The notes under the pieces are model-generated. The model searched no databases. It was not told the DNA's origin and saw only the letters and a program-made list of their open reading frames with translations. DNA of 64,000 bases from Woeseiaceae bacterium (GTDB lineage Bacteria; Pseudomonadota; Gammaproteobacteria; Steroidobacterales; Woeseiaceae), in assembly GCA_028822065.1 (NCBI GenBank), contig JAPKEL010000002.1, positions 21,741 through 85,740 of the forward strand, written 5' to 3'. The translations under genes were made by a program, and so were the position numbers. Numbering within the stretch: position 1 is the stretch's first letter; each line of letters begins with the position of its first letter. Shown piece after piece: positions 8,332 through 18,879 of this stretch.

Positions 8332-11067
8332 ATGATAAAAACATTACTCAACATTTTAATTGCTTTCATATTAATTTCACTGCCTGCATTCGCTGATTCA
8401 AAAATTGAAATTAATTATAAAGAATTTCTCTTAGATAACGGTCTAAGACTTATTGTGCACGAAGATAATAAAGCACCAATTGTGGCAGTTAATCTCTGGT
8501 ATCACGTAGGTTCAAAAAATGAGGTCAAGGGGAAAACTGGATTCGCGCATCTATTTGAACATCTAATGTTCAATGGAAGTGAAAATTATAACGATGAATA
8601 CTTCAAGCCTTTTGAACGAGTTGGCGCAACAAATATGAATGGGACAACCTATTTTGATCGCACTAATTATTTTGAAAATGTTCCTAATACCGCCCTAGAT
8701 ATGGCTTTATGGATGGAATCTGACCGCATGGGGCATATGCTGGGCGCCATAACTCAGGAGCGATTGGATGAGCAAAGAGGGGTAGTACAAAATGAAAAAA
8801 GACAGGGAGATAATCAACCTTATGGAATGGTTGAATATCACATATTAGAGGGAATTTTTCCAAGCTCTCATCCATATTCATGGAGCACTATTGGATCAAT
8901 GGCAGATCTTGATGCAGCGAGCTTGGATGATGTTCATGCCTGGTTTAAAAAATATTATGGTCCTAATAATGCGGTTATTGTGATCGCGGGAGATGTTAAT
9001 CCTGAAGATGTTTTTGAAAAAGTGAAAAAATATTTTGGTGATATACCAGCCTCTCCTCCCACTGAAAGAATGATGGAATGGTCCATTAGATTAGATACTG
9101 ATAAACGAGAGATTATAAAAGATGATGTTCCTCAAGTTCGTTTATATAAAGCCTGGGGAGGACCAGCGTTTCGCAACCTCGATTCAGACTTCTTGCAACT
9201 CACAGATATTATCCTAACGTCAGGAAAGACATCACGTTTATACAATCGACTGGTATACAAAGACCAAATCGCAACTGGTGTTAGTTCTTACCAGTTCGCT
9301 GGAGATATTGGAGGATTTTATTATATTCAAACTACTGTTCAACCCAATGGAGATCCTGAGGCAATTAAATTAGCTATCGAAGAAGAATTGACTCGCTTCC
9401 TAAGAGATGGTCCAACAAAAGCAGAATTAAAACGTGCTAAAATGAAATTAAAATCTGGCTTTATCCGAGGGCTTGAGCAAGTAGGTGGCTTTGGAGGTAA
9501 ATCAGATATTCTAGCTCAAAATACTGTTTATGCCGGTAACCCTGGCCACTATAAAAAATCATTAAACGCACTAGATATAGCAAATCCAAAGAAAGTTCTG
9601 GAAACGGCTAGAAATTGGCTAGGAAAAGGATCGTATAATCTAGAAGTACATCCAAAGAAAACATTTAATGCGCTCAGCGAAGGGGCTGATCGATCAAAGG
9701 TTCCAGAAACAACGGAGTTCCCAAAAACCAAATTCGTTGATTTTGAACAAACAATACTACCAAACGGATTAAAACTTACAGTTGCTTATCAACCTAGTAT
9801 TCCAATTGTAAATTTCAATTTACTATTGGATGCGGGTTATGCAGCTGATCAATTCTCAGAGCCTGGAACTTCAAGTCTCGCGATGGCAATGTTGGATGAA
9901 GGCACTACAAAATTAAGCGCTCTTGAAATTAGTGATGCGGCCGCAAATATAGGTGCCATCATTAGTGCAAGTGCTGGAATCGACAGCTCATCAGTTTCTC
10001 TTAATGCCCTTAAAGAAAATTTAGATAATTCACTCAAACTTTATGCCGATGTGATTCTAAATCCCAGTTTTCCGATAAATGAATTAGAGCGCTTAAGAAA
10101 TCAAAGATTAGCGCAAATCCAGCAAGAAAAAAATCAACCTTTTGGAATAGCATTGCGAATTCTTCCTAGACTATTGTATGGGGATGATCATGCTTATTCT
10201 CTTCCTCTCACAGGATCTGGAACCGAAGTTTCCGTAAAAAATATTACTCAAGATTCATTAATTCAATTCCATCAAGATTGGTTTAAACCAAATAATGCCT
10301 CAATGGTTGTGGTTGGTGATATTACCATGAATGAAATCAGACCAAAATTAGAGAAATATTTCAAAAATTGGGTTCCGGGTACTTTGCAACAAAAAAATAT
10401 TACACCAGTAGAGGTCCAAAAAAATGAAACAATTTATCTAATTGATCGGCCCGGAGCTCAACAATCAATCGTTTTAGCCGCTAATATCGCCCCCAGCCCA
10501 GCCAATTCAGATGAGCTTGCTGTTGAATCCATGAACGAAGTCATTGGAGGTTCCTTTACCTCTCGTATTAATATGAATTTACGTGAAGATAAGGGATGGG
10601 CTTATGGGGCTCGAACTCTTATTCTACAAACAAAAGGACAACGCCCATTCATTGCTTATGCGCCAGTTCAAACCGATAAAACAGCTGAATCTATTAGTGA
10701 AATAAAGAGAGAGCTGATTGAATATATTAATGATAATCCAGTATCTGATGAAGAATTGGATAAAGTTAAAGACAATAATACATTAAGTCTTCCCGGTCGC
10801 TGGGAAACCATAAATGCAATATCAAATGACATTAGTGAGATAATTACTTATGGATTGGCTGATAATTATTGGGATCAATACTCAAATAATGTGCGTAATC
10901 TGACACGTAAACGACTTATTAATGCAGCATCTGCAGTTATTAAACCAGAAAATCTTATATGGGTTATTGTGGGTGATCGTGAAGAAATAGAGGAAAAGAT
11001 TAGCAATTTACCAATCAAAGAAATAATAATATTGGATAGAAATGGTCAAGAAATTATTCGACCTTAA
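8332..11067 (+). CDS. Secreted M16 (pitrilysin/insulinase) family zinc peptidase, two-module form
   Basis: 911 aa. Signal peptide MIKTLLNILIAFILISLPAFA. Inverted zinc motif HLFEHLMF (HxxEH). The length fits tandem M16 active and inactive halves. Confidence 0.9.
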   Translation: MIKTLLNILIAFILISLPAFADSKIEINYKEFLLDNGLRLIVHEDNKAPIVAVNLWYHVGSKNEVKGKTGFAHLFEHLMFNGSENYNDEYFKPFERVGATNMNGTTYFDRTNYFENVPNTALDMALWMESDRMGHMLGAITQERLDEQRGVVQNEKRQGDNQPYGMVEYHILEGIFPSSHPYSWSTIGSMADLDAASLDDVHAWFKKYYGPNNAVIVIAGDVNPEDVFEKVKKYFGDIPASPPTERMMEWSIRLDTDKREIIKDDVPQVRLYKAWGGPAFRNLDSDFLQLTDIILTSGKTSRLYNRLVYKDQIATGVSSYQFAGDIGGFYYIQTTVQPNGDPEAIKLAIEEELTRFLRDGPTKAELKRAKMKLKSGFIRGLEQVGGFGGKSDILAQNTVYAGNPGHYKKSLNALDIANPKKVLETARNWLGKGSYNLEVHPKKTFNALSEGADRSKVPETTEFPKTKFVDFEQTILPNGLKLTVAYQPSIPIVNFNLLLDAGYAADQFSEPGTSSLAMAMLDEGTTKLSALEISDAAANIGAIISASAGIDSSSVSLNALKENLDNSLKLYADVILNPSFPINELERLRNQRLAQIQQEKNQPFGIALRILPRLLYGDDHAYSLPLTGSGTEVSVKNITQDSLIQFHQDWFKPNNASMVVVGDITMNEIRPKLEKYFKNWVPGTLQQKNITPVEVQKNETIYLIDRPGAQQSIVLAANIAPSPANSDELAVESMNEVIGGSFTSRINMNLREDKGWAYGARTLILQTKGQRPFIAYAPVQTDKTAESISEIKRELIEYINDNPVSDEELDKVKDNNTLSLPGRWETINAISNDISEIITYGLADNYWDQYSNNVRNLTRKRLINAASAVIKPENLIWVIVGDREEIEEKISNLPIKEIIILDRNGQEIIRP

Positions 11068-11109
11068 TTTTCTGAGTATACTAACTGAAAACATATAGAG
11101 CAGAGTTAA

Positions 11110-12624
11110 GTGAATAAAATAAATTATCTAGAATTAATAAAGACGGCCGATGTTTATTCGGTGGCTAAAGTGTCACCCCTTGATTACGCCCAACTTATTT
11201 CAACTCGTCTAAATAATAAGATATTTTTAAAACGTGAAGACTTACAAAGTACATTCTCCTTCAAAATAAGAGGAGCTGTAAATAAAATAAAAAACCTTGA
11301 TAAAACAACTCTAAAAAATGGTGTTATATGCAGCTCTGCAGGGAATCATGCACAAGGTGTAGCACTGGCATCTAAACTTAATAATAATCGCGCCGTTATT
11401 GTTATGCCTCAAACTACACCAAGCATTAAAATTGAAGCGGTCAAAATGCTAGATGCAGAAATTATTTTACATGGTGACAATTATGATGAAGCTTATAGCA
11501 AAGCCAAAGAAATAGAAAAATTAGAGTCATTGACTTTCATCCATGCTTTTGATGATCCTCATGTAATTGCAGGACAAGGCACTATTGGTATTGAAATTTT
11601 AGAACAACTTAATGAAGATATCGATGCTATCTTCATACCTATTGGTGGAGGCGGCTTAATCTCAGGAATAGCAACTTATATCAAAGAAACTAAGCCAAGC
11701 ATAAAAATAATTGGGGTCGAACCTGAAGATTCAGCTAGCATGACATTATCGCTTGCAGCGAACGAACAAATTACACTTGATCATGTGAGCATATTTGCCG
11801 ATGGAGTTGCTGTAAAACGTGTCGGCGATATTCCATTTTTCTTATGCAAAAAATATGTAGATGAAATAATCACCGTTAATACTGATGAAATTTGTGCCGC
11901 CATCCAGGCAATATACGAAGAAACACGATCGATTGTAGAGCCTTCTGGTGCATTATCACTTGCAGGGATCACAAAATATACGGACTTAAATTCGATTAAA
12001 AATAAAACCTATGTGGGAATAAATTGTGGCGCAAATGTAAATTTCGATCGCTTAAGACATATTGCAGAAAGAGCGGCTGTTGGGAAAAAAAGTGAAGCAT
12101 TGCTCGCTGTGGAAATCGAAGAAAAGCCTGGTAGTTTTAAACGATTCTGTAAAGCCATGGGAAGAAGAAGCATTACTGAATTTAATTATCGTTACCATAA
12201 TGAAGGCCGCGCAAGAGTGTTTGTCGGGGTTGAATTACATTCAAAATCGAATGCTCAACAAGAAGTAATTAATGAAATTAAAGAATTGGGTTACTCGGTC
12301 GTAGATTTAAGTCAAAATGAAATGGCAAAAATTCACATACGTCATATGGTTGGCGGTAGGGCATCTATTGAAAATGAACGTTTGTTTCGATTTGAGTTTC
12401 CTGAAAGACCTGGTGCACTCTTGGAATTCTTAGATGCCATCGGAACTGAATGGAACATTACTTTATTCCATTATCGTAATCATGGTTCTGATTTTGGTAG
12501 AATTTTAACTGGGATTCAAGCTCCCAAAGAACAAACCGAGCAACTTGAAATACACCTTTCTAAAGTGGGCTACCGATATTGGGAAGAAAGCAATAACCCT
12601 GCCTATGAAATGTTCCTTGCTTAA
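11110..12624 (+). CDS. ilvA: Threonine ammonia-lyase, biosynthetic
   Basis: 504 aa with a GTG start. PLP-lysine motif FSFKIRGA and glycine loop PIGGGGLISG. The long C-terminal region is consistent with the two regulatory repeats of biosynthetic IlvA. Confidence 0.92.
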   Translation: MNKINYLELIKTADVYSVAKVSPLDYAQLISTRLNNKIFLKREDLQSTFSFKIRGAVNKIKNLDKTTLKNGVICSSAGNHAQGVALASKLNNNRAVIVMPQTTPSIKIEAVKMLDAEIILHGDNYDEAYSKAKEIEKLESLTFIHAFDDPHVIAGQGTIGIEILEQLNEDIDAIFIPIGGGGLISGIATYIKETKPSIKIIGVEPEDSASMTLSLAANEQITLDHVSIFADGVAVKRVGDIPFFLCKKYVDEIITVNTDEICAAIQAIYEETRSIVEPSGALSLAGITKYTDLNSIKNKTYVGINCGANVNFDRLRHIAERAAVGKKSEALLAVEIEEKPGSFKRFCKAMGRRSITEFNYRYHNEGRARVFVGVELHSKSNAQQEVINEIKELGYSVVDLSQNEMAKIHIRHMVGGRASIENERLFRFEFPERPGALLEFLDAIGTEWNITLFHYRNHGSDFGRILTGIQAPKEQTEQLEIHLSKVGYRYWEESNNPAYEMFLA

Positions 12625-12631
12625 AAAAACC

Positions 12632-13516
12632 TTAGTTATTCAATAAGAAATTTTCGATAGCTAACGCAAGAAGTTTTGGGGCCTCGAAATGAATCATGTG
12701 CCCTGCATCTGAAACGCATTCAGTTTTGGCGGAAAAAAATGGATGACCCCTTGAATTCACTTCTTTTAATAATTGCATTTGTTCTTTGAAGTTTGTATTT
12801 TCACCCCAAATAAATAGAGTTCGAGCTTGAATCTGCTGCCAACATGCTTCTGCTTCCTGTCTTCTATATTGCACAGCATTAGGTAATTTATGAAAGGGGT
12901 CAGCGCGTAAATTTATCTGACCATTGGCGTCTTTATAAGCCCACTCTCTGGCAACAAATTCCGCTTGCTCAAGCTTCATATTAGGACTTCTTTTTAAAAT
13001 TCTTGGGACAAGTTCATCATAAGATGCGTAAGCCTTGAATACCGGTATTAATTGCTGTTGCTCCAACCAGCGGCGATAATTATTTGGAGCATTCTTTGGG
13101 TCAGAGTCATTTAAACCAAATCCCTCAATATTAATTAACTGATTGATAGCCTCAGGTTTAATCCCTGCATATAACGAAGCTATATTTGCTCCCATGCTAT
13201 GCCCTATGAGCGTAGCGGGTTGATCCGAAGAATAGAATCGTAAGATTTCATCAAGATCGGCCAAATAATCTGGAAACCAGTAGTTGGAATTAATTTTTTC
13301 AGAACGGCCAAATCCACGCCAATCGATAGCTATAATTCGCCATTTTGATTGCAATGCGTCCACAACAAATTGAAAAGTTGAGCCTGTATCAGCCCATCCA
13401 TGCAAGTAAAACAATACAGGAGCATCATTTTCACCCCAAACTTTAATATGATATTTCTTACCCCTTATATCAAGGAAAGTTGAGTTGCCACAATCGACCG
13501 GCTTATAAACTGTCAT
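12632..13516 (-). CDS. Alpha/beta-fold hydrolase
   Basis: 294 aa. LHGWADTGSTF oxyanion region, GHSMGA nucleophile elbow and a C-terminal DAGHM histidine region. Confidence 0.8.
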   Translation of the reverse strand: MTVYKPVDCGNSTFLDIRGKKYHIKVWGENDAPVLFYLHGWADTGSTFQFVVDALQSKWRIIAIDWRGFGRSEKINSNYWFPDYLADLDEILRFYSSDQPATLIGHSMGANIASLYAGIKPEAINQLINIEGFGLNDSDPKNAPNNYRRWLEQQQLIPVFKAYASYDELVPRILKRSPNMKLEQAEFVAREWAYKDANGQINLRADPFHKLPNAVQYRRQEAEACWQQIQARTLFIWGENTNFKEQMQLLKEVNSRGHPFFSAKTECVSDAGHMIHFEAPKLLALAIENFLLNN

Positions 13517-13525
13517 AGTATTAAC

Positions 13526-14500
13526 TTAGGGTATCAATATGGTGGAGCCAGTAGTTTTTCGTGACTCTAGATCCATATGAGCTTGCGCAGTATCTTTTAA
13601 AGCATAACGCTGATTAATGCTGATTTTTATAACTCCTTGTAACACTAAATCAAATAATGCTTTTGAGGCACTCAATAATTTTTCACGCGTATTTATAAAA
13701 TGTGCCAAAATCGGCCTGGTGACATACAAAGAATTTCTTGACGCTAATTCTGATGGCGCAAAAGGATCAACCGGACCGGAAGCATTTCCAAATGTTACCA
13801 TCACACCATGCGGCTTCAATGAATTCAAAGAAGAAAAGAATGTGTCTCGTCCAATCGAGTCATAAACTGCAGCAACACCCTCTCCATCAGTAATACTTTT
13901 TACCTTCTCAGCAATATCCTCATTGGCCATAATTATTTGAGAGCATCCATGGGTCTTTGCAAGATCAGCTTTTTCCGTTGTACTGACCACTCCGATAATT
14001 TTAGCTCCTAAATGCTTTGCCCATTGGCATGCAATAAGACCAACACCGCCAGCTGCCGCATGCAAAAGAATGTGATCACCGGACTTTACTGGATAGCTTC
14101 TATTCAACAAATACCAAGCGGTAAGGCCTTTTAGTAATAAAGCTGCCGCTTGTTCATCTGAGATCTCATCAGGAATGGGCACAAGTTGGTTCGCATCAAA
14201 ATTCCTTCGCTCAGAATAGGAATCTGCCGGTCTTCCCGTATAGACGACTCTATCACCTACTTTAACTACCGTAACATCGTCAGCAGTTTCTTCTACAATC
14301 CCAGCAGCCTCACTACCCAATCCTGTTGGTAAGGGCATAGGATATAATCCAGATCTATGGTAAGTATCGATAAAGTTTAAACCAATCGCAGTATGACGAA
14401 TACGAGCCTCACCTGATTGAAGGTCGGATAATTCAATCTCAGTGTAATTTAATACCTCAGGTCCACCATACTCATTAATTCGAATTGCTTTTGTTTTCAT
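13526..14500 (-). CDS. qor: NADPH:quinone oxidoreductase (zeta-crystallin type MDR)
   Basis: 324 aa. EYGGPEVL, AIGLNFIDTYHRSGLYP and LHAAAGGVGL closely follow the E. coli Qor pattern. Confidence 0.88.
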   Translation of the reverse strand: MKTKAIRINEYGGPEVLNYTEIELSDLQSGEARIRHTAIGLNFIDTYHRSGLYPMPLPTGLGSEAAGIVEETADDVTVVKVGDRVVYTGRPADSYSERRNFDANQLVPIPDEISDEQAAALLLKGLTAWYLLNRSYPVKSGDHILLHAAAGGVGLIACQWAKHLGAKIIGVVSTTEKADLAKTHGCSQIIMANEDIAEKVKSITDGEGVAAVYDSIGRDTFFSSLNSLKPHGVMVTFGNASGPVDPFAPSELASRNSLYVTRPILAHFINTREKLLSASKALFDLVLQGVIKISINQRYALKDTAQAHMDLESRKTTGSTILIP

Positions 14501-14633
14501 GTTTATTTTTCCATAGTTAAAGAGCTCAAGAATAACGAAGCTTTTATAAAAATACCAAAAATAAACAATAATATTTGCATGAATACTTCGCTTCTGATGT
14601 GATTATATAAATAAAACAAATTAGAGACTCAAA

Positions 14634-15404
14634 ATGGGACGTATTGAAAATAAAATTGCATTAATTACTGGTGCTGCACAAGGCATTGGGCTGGCCACCG
14701 CTAAATTATTCCTAAAAGAAGGTGCGAAAGTTTTATTAACAGACATCAATCACAAGAAAGTTACTATTGAATCAGAGGCACTTAATAAGATATACCCAAA
14801 TCAAACATGCGCCCTGAAACTCAATGTAACAGAGGAAGCCGACTGGAAAAATGCCATTACTTGTATTGAAGAGACTTTTGGGGGAATGAATATACTTGTC
14901 AATAATGCAGGTATTGGCTCTGTTGGTAATGTTGAGAATGAAAATTACACCCAATGGAAGCATGTTCATAACGTTGATTTAGATAGTGTTTTCTTGGGTT
15001 GCAAATATGCAATACCGATTATAAAGAAATCAAAACATGGCTCTATTATTAATGTTTCCTCAATATCCGGTATTATCGCGGGACACAATATGGCTGCTTA
15101 TAATTCAGCAAAAGCAGCCGTAAGACATCTAAGTAAATCTATTGCACTGCATTGCGCCAAAGATAAAAACGATATTCGGTGTAACTCAATTCATCCAGCT
15201 TTCATTGATACCCCTATACTCGATGAACTTTGTAAAAAAATCGGACATGACGAAGCAATTAAAAAATTATCTCGTCAAATACCAATAGGCCACATAGGTG
15301 AACCAAATGATGTCGCTTATGGGATTTTATATTTAGCCTCAAATGAATCGAAATTCATCACCGGCACAGAGATCATCATTGATGGCGGAATCAGTGCTGG
15401 ATAA
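14634..15404 (+). CDS. Short-chain dehydrogenase/reductase (classical SDR)
   Basis: 256 aa. TGAAQGIG cofactor motif, NNAG, and the S...YNSAK catalytic triad. Confidence 0.88.
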   Translation: MGRIENKIALITGAAQGIGLATAKLFLKEGAKVLLTDINHKKVTIESEALNKIYPNQTCALKLNVTEEADWKNAITCIEETFGGMNILVNNAGIGSVGNVENENYTQWKHVHNVDLDSVFLGCKYAIPIIKKSKHGSIINVSSISGIIAGHNMAAYNSAKAAVRHLSKSIALHCAKDKNDIRCNSIHPAFIDTPILDELCKKIGHDEAIKKLSRQIPIGHIGEPNDVAYGILYLASNESKFITGTEIIIDGGISAG

Positions 15405-15438
15405 ATTCATATAAAAAATACTAACAAATAAAAATATT

Positions 15439-16164
15439 ATGAAACGTATTTGTCTTTGGTCGGGACCCAGAAATATATCTACTGCACTGATGTACAGTTT
15501 TGCTCAACGTGAAGATACGCAAGTAATAGATGAGCCTCTATATGGTCACTATTTGAGAGTAACAGGAACGCTTCATCCCGGACGTGAAGAAATCATGAAA
15601 AATACCAATTGCGATGGGAACGCAGTTATGAAAATGCTCATCGACAAAAGAAACAATAGCAATAAAGTATTATTTATAAAACAAATGTCTCATCACTTTC
15701 AGCAATTAAACAAAGATTTTTTATCGCAAACTGAAAATATTTTCCTAATCCGTGACCCCAAGGAAGTGCTTTCTTCGTTAACTATTCAATTACCAAATGC
15801 TAATGTCAGAGATACTGGATTAGACATTCAATGGCAACTTTATCAAACATTAAAATCTTCTGGGGCATCACCGATTATAATTGACAGTCGAGAACTGCTA
15901 ATTAATCCTGAGTCTATTCTGACTCTCTTATGCAAACAATTAAGCATAAAATTCTCAAAAAAAATGTTAGCATGGAAGGCTGGCCCTATAAAAGAAGATG
16001 GCATTTGGTCTAAGTATTGGTACCAGACGGTGCATAAATCGACAGGTTTTATATCTTATTCAGCTAAACCAGATCTACCAGAAAAATTATTACCGCTCTA
16101 CTATAAATGCCTGCCCTACTATGAAAATCTTCTCAAGAATGCATTAGTTACTAAACGGAGTTAA
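15439..16164 (+). CDS. Sulfotransferase-fold-like protein of unknown function. It appears to be the counterpart of the N-terminal half of plant BCAT-like proteins.
   Basis: 241 aa. WSGPRNISTALMYSFAQREDTQVIDEPLYGHYL and LAWKAGPIKEDGIWSKYWYQTVHKSTGF resemble, from memory, the N-terminal domain of Arabidopsis BCAT-like proteins. The gene ends 6 nt before the class IV aminotransferase gene. Confidence 0.7.
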   Translation: MKRICLWSGPRNISTALMYSFAQREDTQVIDEPLYGHYLRVTGTLHPGREEIMKNTNCDGNAVMKMLIDKRNNSNKVLFIKQMSHHFQQLNKDFLSQTENIFLIRDPKEVLSSLTIQLPNANVRDTGLDIQWQLYQTLKSSGASPIIIDSRELLINPESILTLLCKQLSIKFSKKMLAWKAGPIKEDGIWSKYWYQTVHKSTGFISYSAKPDLPEKLLPLYYKCLPYYENLLKNALVTKRS

Positions 16165-16170
16165 CCAGTA

Positions 16171-17088
16171 ATGCAAAAAATCGACCCACGAAATGAAAGC
16201 ATATTAATATATGTTGGTGATAAATTGGTGCCTAGAGATGAGGCAAAAATATCTGTATTTGATAGTGTAGTTCAAGGTGGTGATGCCGTCTGGGAAGGTT
16301 TAAGAGTTTACAAGGGGAAAATCGCCGCACTGGATGAACATTTGGAAAGATTGCAAAATTCAGCAAAAACTCTTGCTTTCGAAACCATACCTTCCAACCA
16401 AGTAATTAAAAATGCAATATTCAAGACACTTGAGAGTAACAATATGTGGAATGAAACGCATATCCGACTCACATTAACCAGAGGGGAAAAAATAACCTCA
16501 GGCATGAATCCAAAACTCAATCAATCTGGATGCACTCTTATCGTTTTAGCGGAATGGAAACCGCCAATTTATGGTAATACAGGAATTAGTGTAGTCACGT
16601 CCTCTATTAGGAGAAATACACCTCAATGCTTGGATTCCAAAATCCACCATAACAATCTTCTAAATAATATAATGGCAACAATCGAAGCAAATGTGGCTAG
16701 AGTTGAAAGTGCCATTATGCTGGATGTAAATGGCTTTATTTCAGAAACAAATGATACAAATATCTTTCTTGTGAAAGATAACTCGCTCTATACTCCACAT
16801 GCCGACAGCTGCTTACCCGGTCTCACCCGGGCAATGATATTAAAAATTGCTTGTGAGAAGGGAATAAATAATTATGAAAAGAATCTCTCAATCACAGATC
16901 TCTATACAGCTGATGAAGTTTTTACAACCGGAACAATGGGAGAACTTACGCCCATTCTAAAAGCAGATGGGCGGATAATTGGTGATGGAAAGGCAGGTAA
17001 GATAACCAAAGAAATGCAAACTTATCATCGAGAATATGCCTATAAAAATGGCGTGCAATTACCATTCAAACAAGCACTTGAGAGCTAA
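16171..17088 (+). CDS. Class IV (fold-type IV) PLP aminotransferase-like protein (BCAT / D-aminotransferase / ADC lyase family)
   Basis: 305 aa. SVFDSVVQGGDAVWEGLRVY, THIRLTLTRG, LDSKIHHNNLLNNI and FTTGTMGELTP match fold-type IV patterns. Confidence 0.85.
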   Translation: MQKIDPRNESILIYVGDKLVPRDEAKISVFDSVVQGGDAVWEGLRVYKGKIAALDEHLERLQNSAKTLAFETIPSNQVIKNAIFKTLESNNMWNETHIRLTLTRGEKITSGMNPKLNQSGCTLIVLAEWKPPIYGNTGISVVTSSIRRNTPQCLDSKIHHNNLLNNIMATIEANVARVESAIMLDVNGFISETNDTNIFLVKDNSLYTPHADSCLPGLTRAMILKIACEKGINNYEKNLSITDLYTADEVFTTGTMGELTPILKADGRIIGDGKAGKITKEMQTYHREYAYKNGVQLPFKQALES

Positions 17089-18656
17089 GATTTAAAGTAA
17101 TTATCCAGGTAAGCACTTAAAGGAAGCTGCTCAATTGATTCAGCATCCGCTTGCTTTAAAATCGAGGCCTGAGCCTCTTTTTCAAAGAGATCATCCTTTT
17201 CAGCATTTAATGGTATTAAATTCGAAAAATAATTTTTTTGGTTTTCAGCCAACGATAAACCATAATCCGCAAAGCTCAATCCAGAATCACTCAATTCTTG
17301 CAATATTCTTGCAGATGGAGTGGCTTTTGAATCTTTAATCAATTCAATCTGAGCTTCTACCGATTTTACATATTCTGAACAACTTTCACTTTGATCAATC
17401 AAATCAGCAATCTTTAAAATATGCTCCATTAACTCCTGCGCCCATTCTTTAAGGCCAATTTTTTTACCTTCTCTAGAGAGAAATAAATCAGGATCTCGGC
17501 CAAAATTAGCTGTATCCATATGATTTTTCATTGTCTCTTTGTTATCAGCAACAGTCATCATTGGGCTGTCCTCAAGCAAACAATAAATCAAGAAAGATTC
17601 CATAAATCTTATTGTATTTTGATTGATACCAACTGGATCAAATACATTTAGATCTAATGATCTAATTTCCACATACTCAATCCCGCCTCGCTCAAGTGCT
17701 GTGGTAGGCCTTTCCCCAGAAAGAGCCACTCTTTTAGGTCTTACAGGGTTGTAATATTCATTCTCGATTTGTAATTTATTCAATGAAAGCTGCTGATACT
17801 CATTATTACGTAATAATCCAAAACTATCATAAGAGGCCTCTGGTGTGGAAATAGCATCTCTAAGATTTTGAACATACTCCTCAAGACTATTCAATGAAAT
17901 ATTGATAGTTGACTGTACTTTGCTTGTATAACCCAAATCACTCATTCTTAATGAAGTACCATAAGGCTGAAATAAAGTATCTTTATCGTATTCAGGTATA
18001 CCAACTGATTTAGGGGAAAAAGATTTACACAAAGCAGGTGAAGCGCCAAATAAATATAAAATTAGCCAACCATATCTTTTAAAATTTCTAATCATCGACA
18101 TATAACTGGAGGAACGAAAAATATCAATCGAATCATGATTATTCTCATTCAGCTTATAAATTGGCCAAAATTTCTCCGGTAATGAATAATTAAAATGTAT
18201 CCCTGCAATCGCTTGCATATTCCTACCGTATCGTAAACCCAGGCCATTACGATAAATCGTTTTCATTTTACCAACATTAGAAGTGCCGTATCTTGCCAAT
18301 GGTATTTCCCGTTTCTCATCTAAAGCGCACGGCATACTTGAAACCCACAATAGTTCATCGTTAATATTTTTATAGGTAAACTGATGGATATCACACAAAA
18401 AACTCAGCACTTCCCATGTATTGGGTACCGCTGGCGTAATAAATTCCAATAACGCTTCAGAAAAATCTGTAGTAATAAATTTGCTCGTTAACGCTGAGCC
18501 TAGGTTAGCTGGGTGTTCTGTTTCAGACAATGCACCAGTCTGATTCACTCTCAGAGATTCCTTCTCTAATCCCTTCAAGCCACCACATAGGATATCTGGC
18601 TTGTCAGACTCTGAAATTGATCGCAACCTTTTTTCAAATATTTCACTCACGTTCAA
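17085..18656 (-). CDS. gshA: Glutamate--cysteine ligase (proteobacterial type)
   Basis: 523 aa, the same size class as E. coli GshA (518 aa). Conserved blocks: LKGLEKESLRV, FITTDFSEALLEFITP, HFNYSLP and IEYVEIRSLD. Confidence 0.92.
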   Translation of the reverse strand: MNVSEIFEKRLRSISESDKPDILCGGLKGLEKESLRVNQTGALSETEHPANLGSALTSKFITTDFSEALLEFITPAVPNTWEVLSFLCDIHQFTYKNINDELLWVSSMPCALDEKREIPLARYGTSNVGKMKTIYRNGLGLRYGRNMQAIAGIHFNYSLPEKFWPIYKLNENNHDSIDIFRSSSYMSMIRNFKRYGWLILYLFGASPALCKSFSPKSVGIPEYDKDTLFQPYGTSLRMSDLGYTSKVQSTINISLNSLEEYVQNLRDAISTPEASYDSFGLLRNNEYQQLSLNKLQIENEYYNPVRPKRVALSGERPTTALERGGIEYVEIRSLDLNVFDPVGINQNTIRFMESFLIYCLLEDSPMMTVADNKETMKNHMDTANFGRDPDLFLSREGKKIGLKEWAQELMEHILKIADLIDQSESCSEYVKSVEAQIELIKDSKATPSARILQELSDSGLSFADYGLSLAENQKNYFSNLIPLNAEKDDLFEKEAQASILKQADAESIEQLPLSAYLDNYFKS

Positions 18657-18879
18657 TTATCTCCATACAACAGAACATTATTAAAAAAACATTCTAACAT
18701 TATAGATTTACGAATAAATTAAATAATACAGCATCAACATCAGTAAGAATTAAAAATAATTTAATAAAAATTACCTTTAATACTTCACTAGCAGGCTAGA
18801 AAATGATTAAATTAAGGATAAATAATAATCAAAAAGGTGGGTAAATTTTTAATTTAAAAAAATATTACCTCAAACAATT

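Noticed and set aside
18803-18844. A 13-codon ORF (MIKLRINNNQKGG) in the gshA upstream spacer.
   Set aside because: It has no Shine-Dalgarno site and no recognisable motif, and it is typical of random ORFs in AT-rich spacers.
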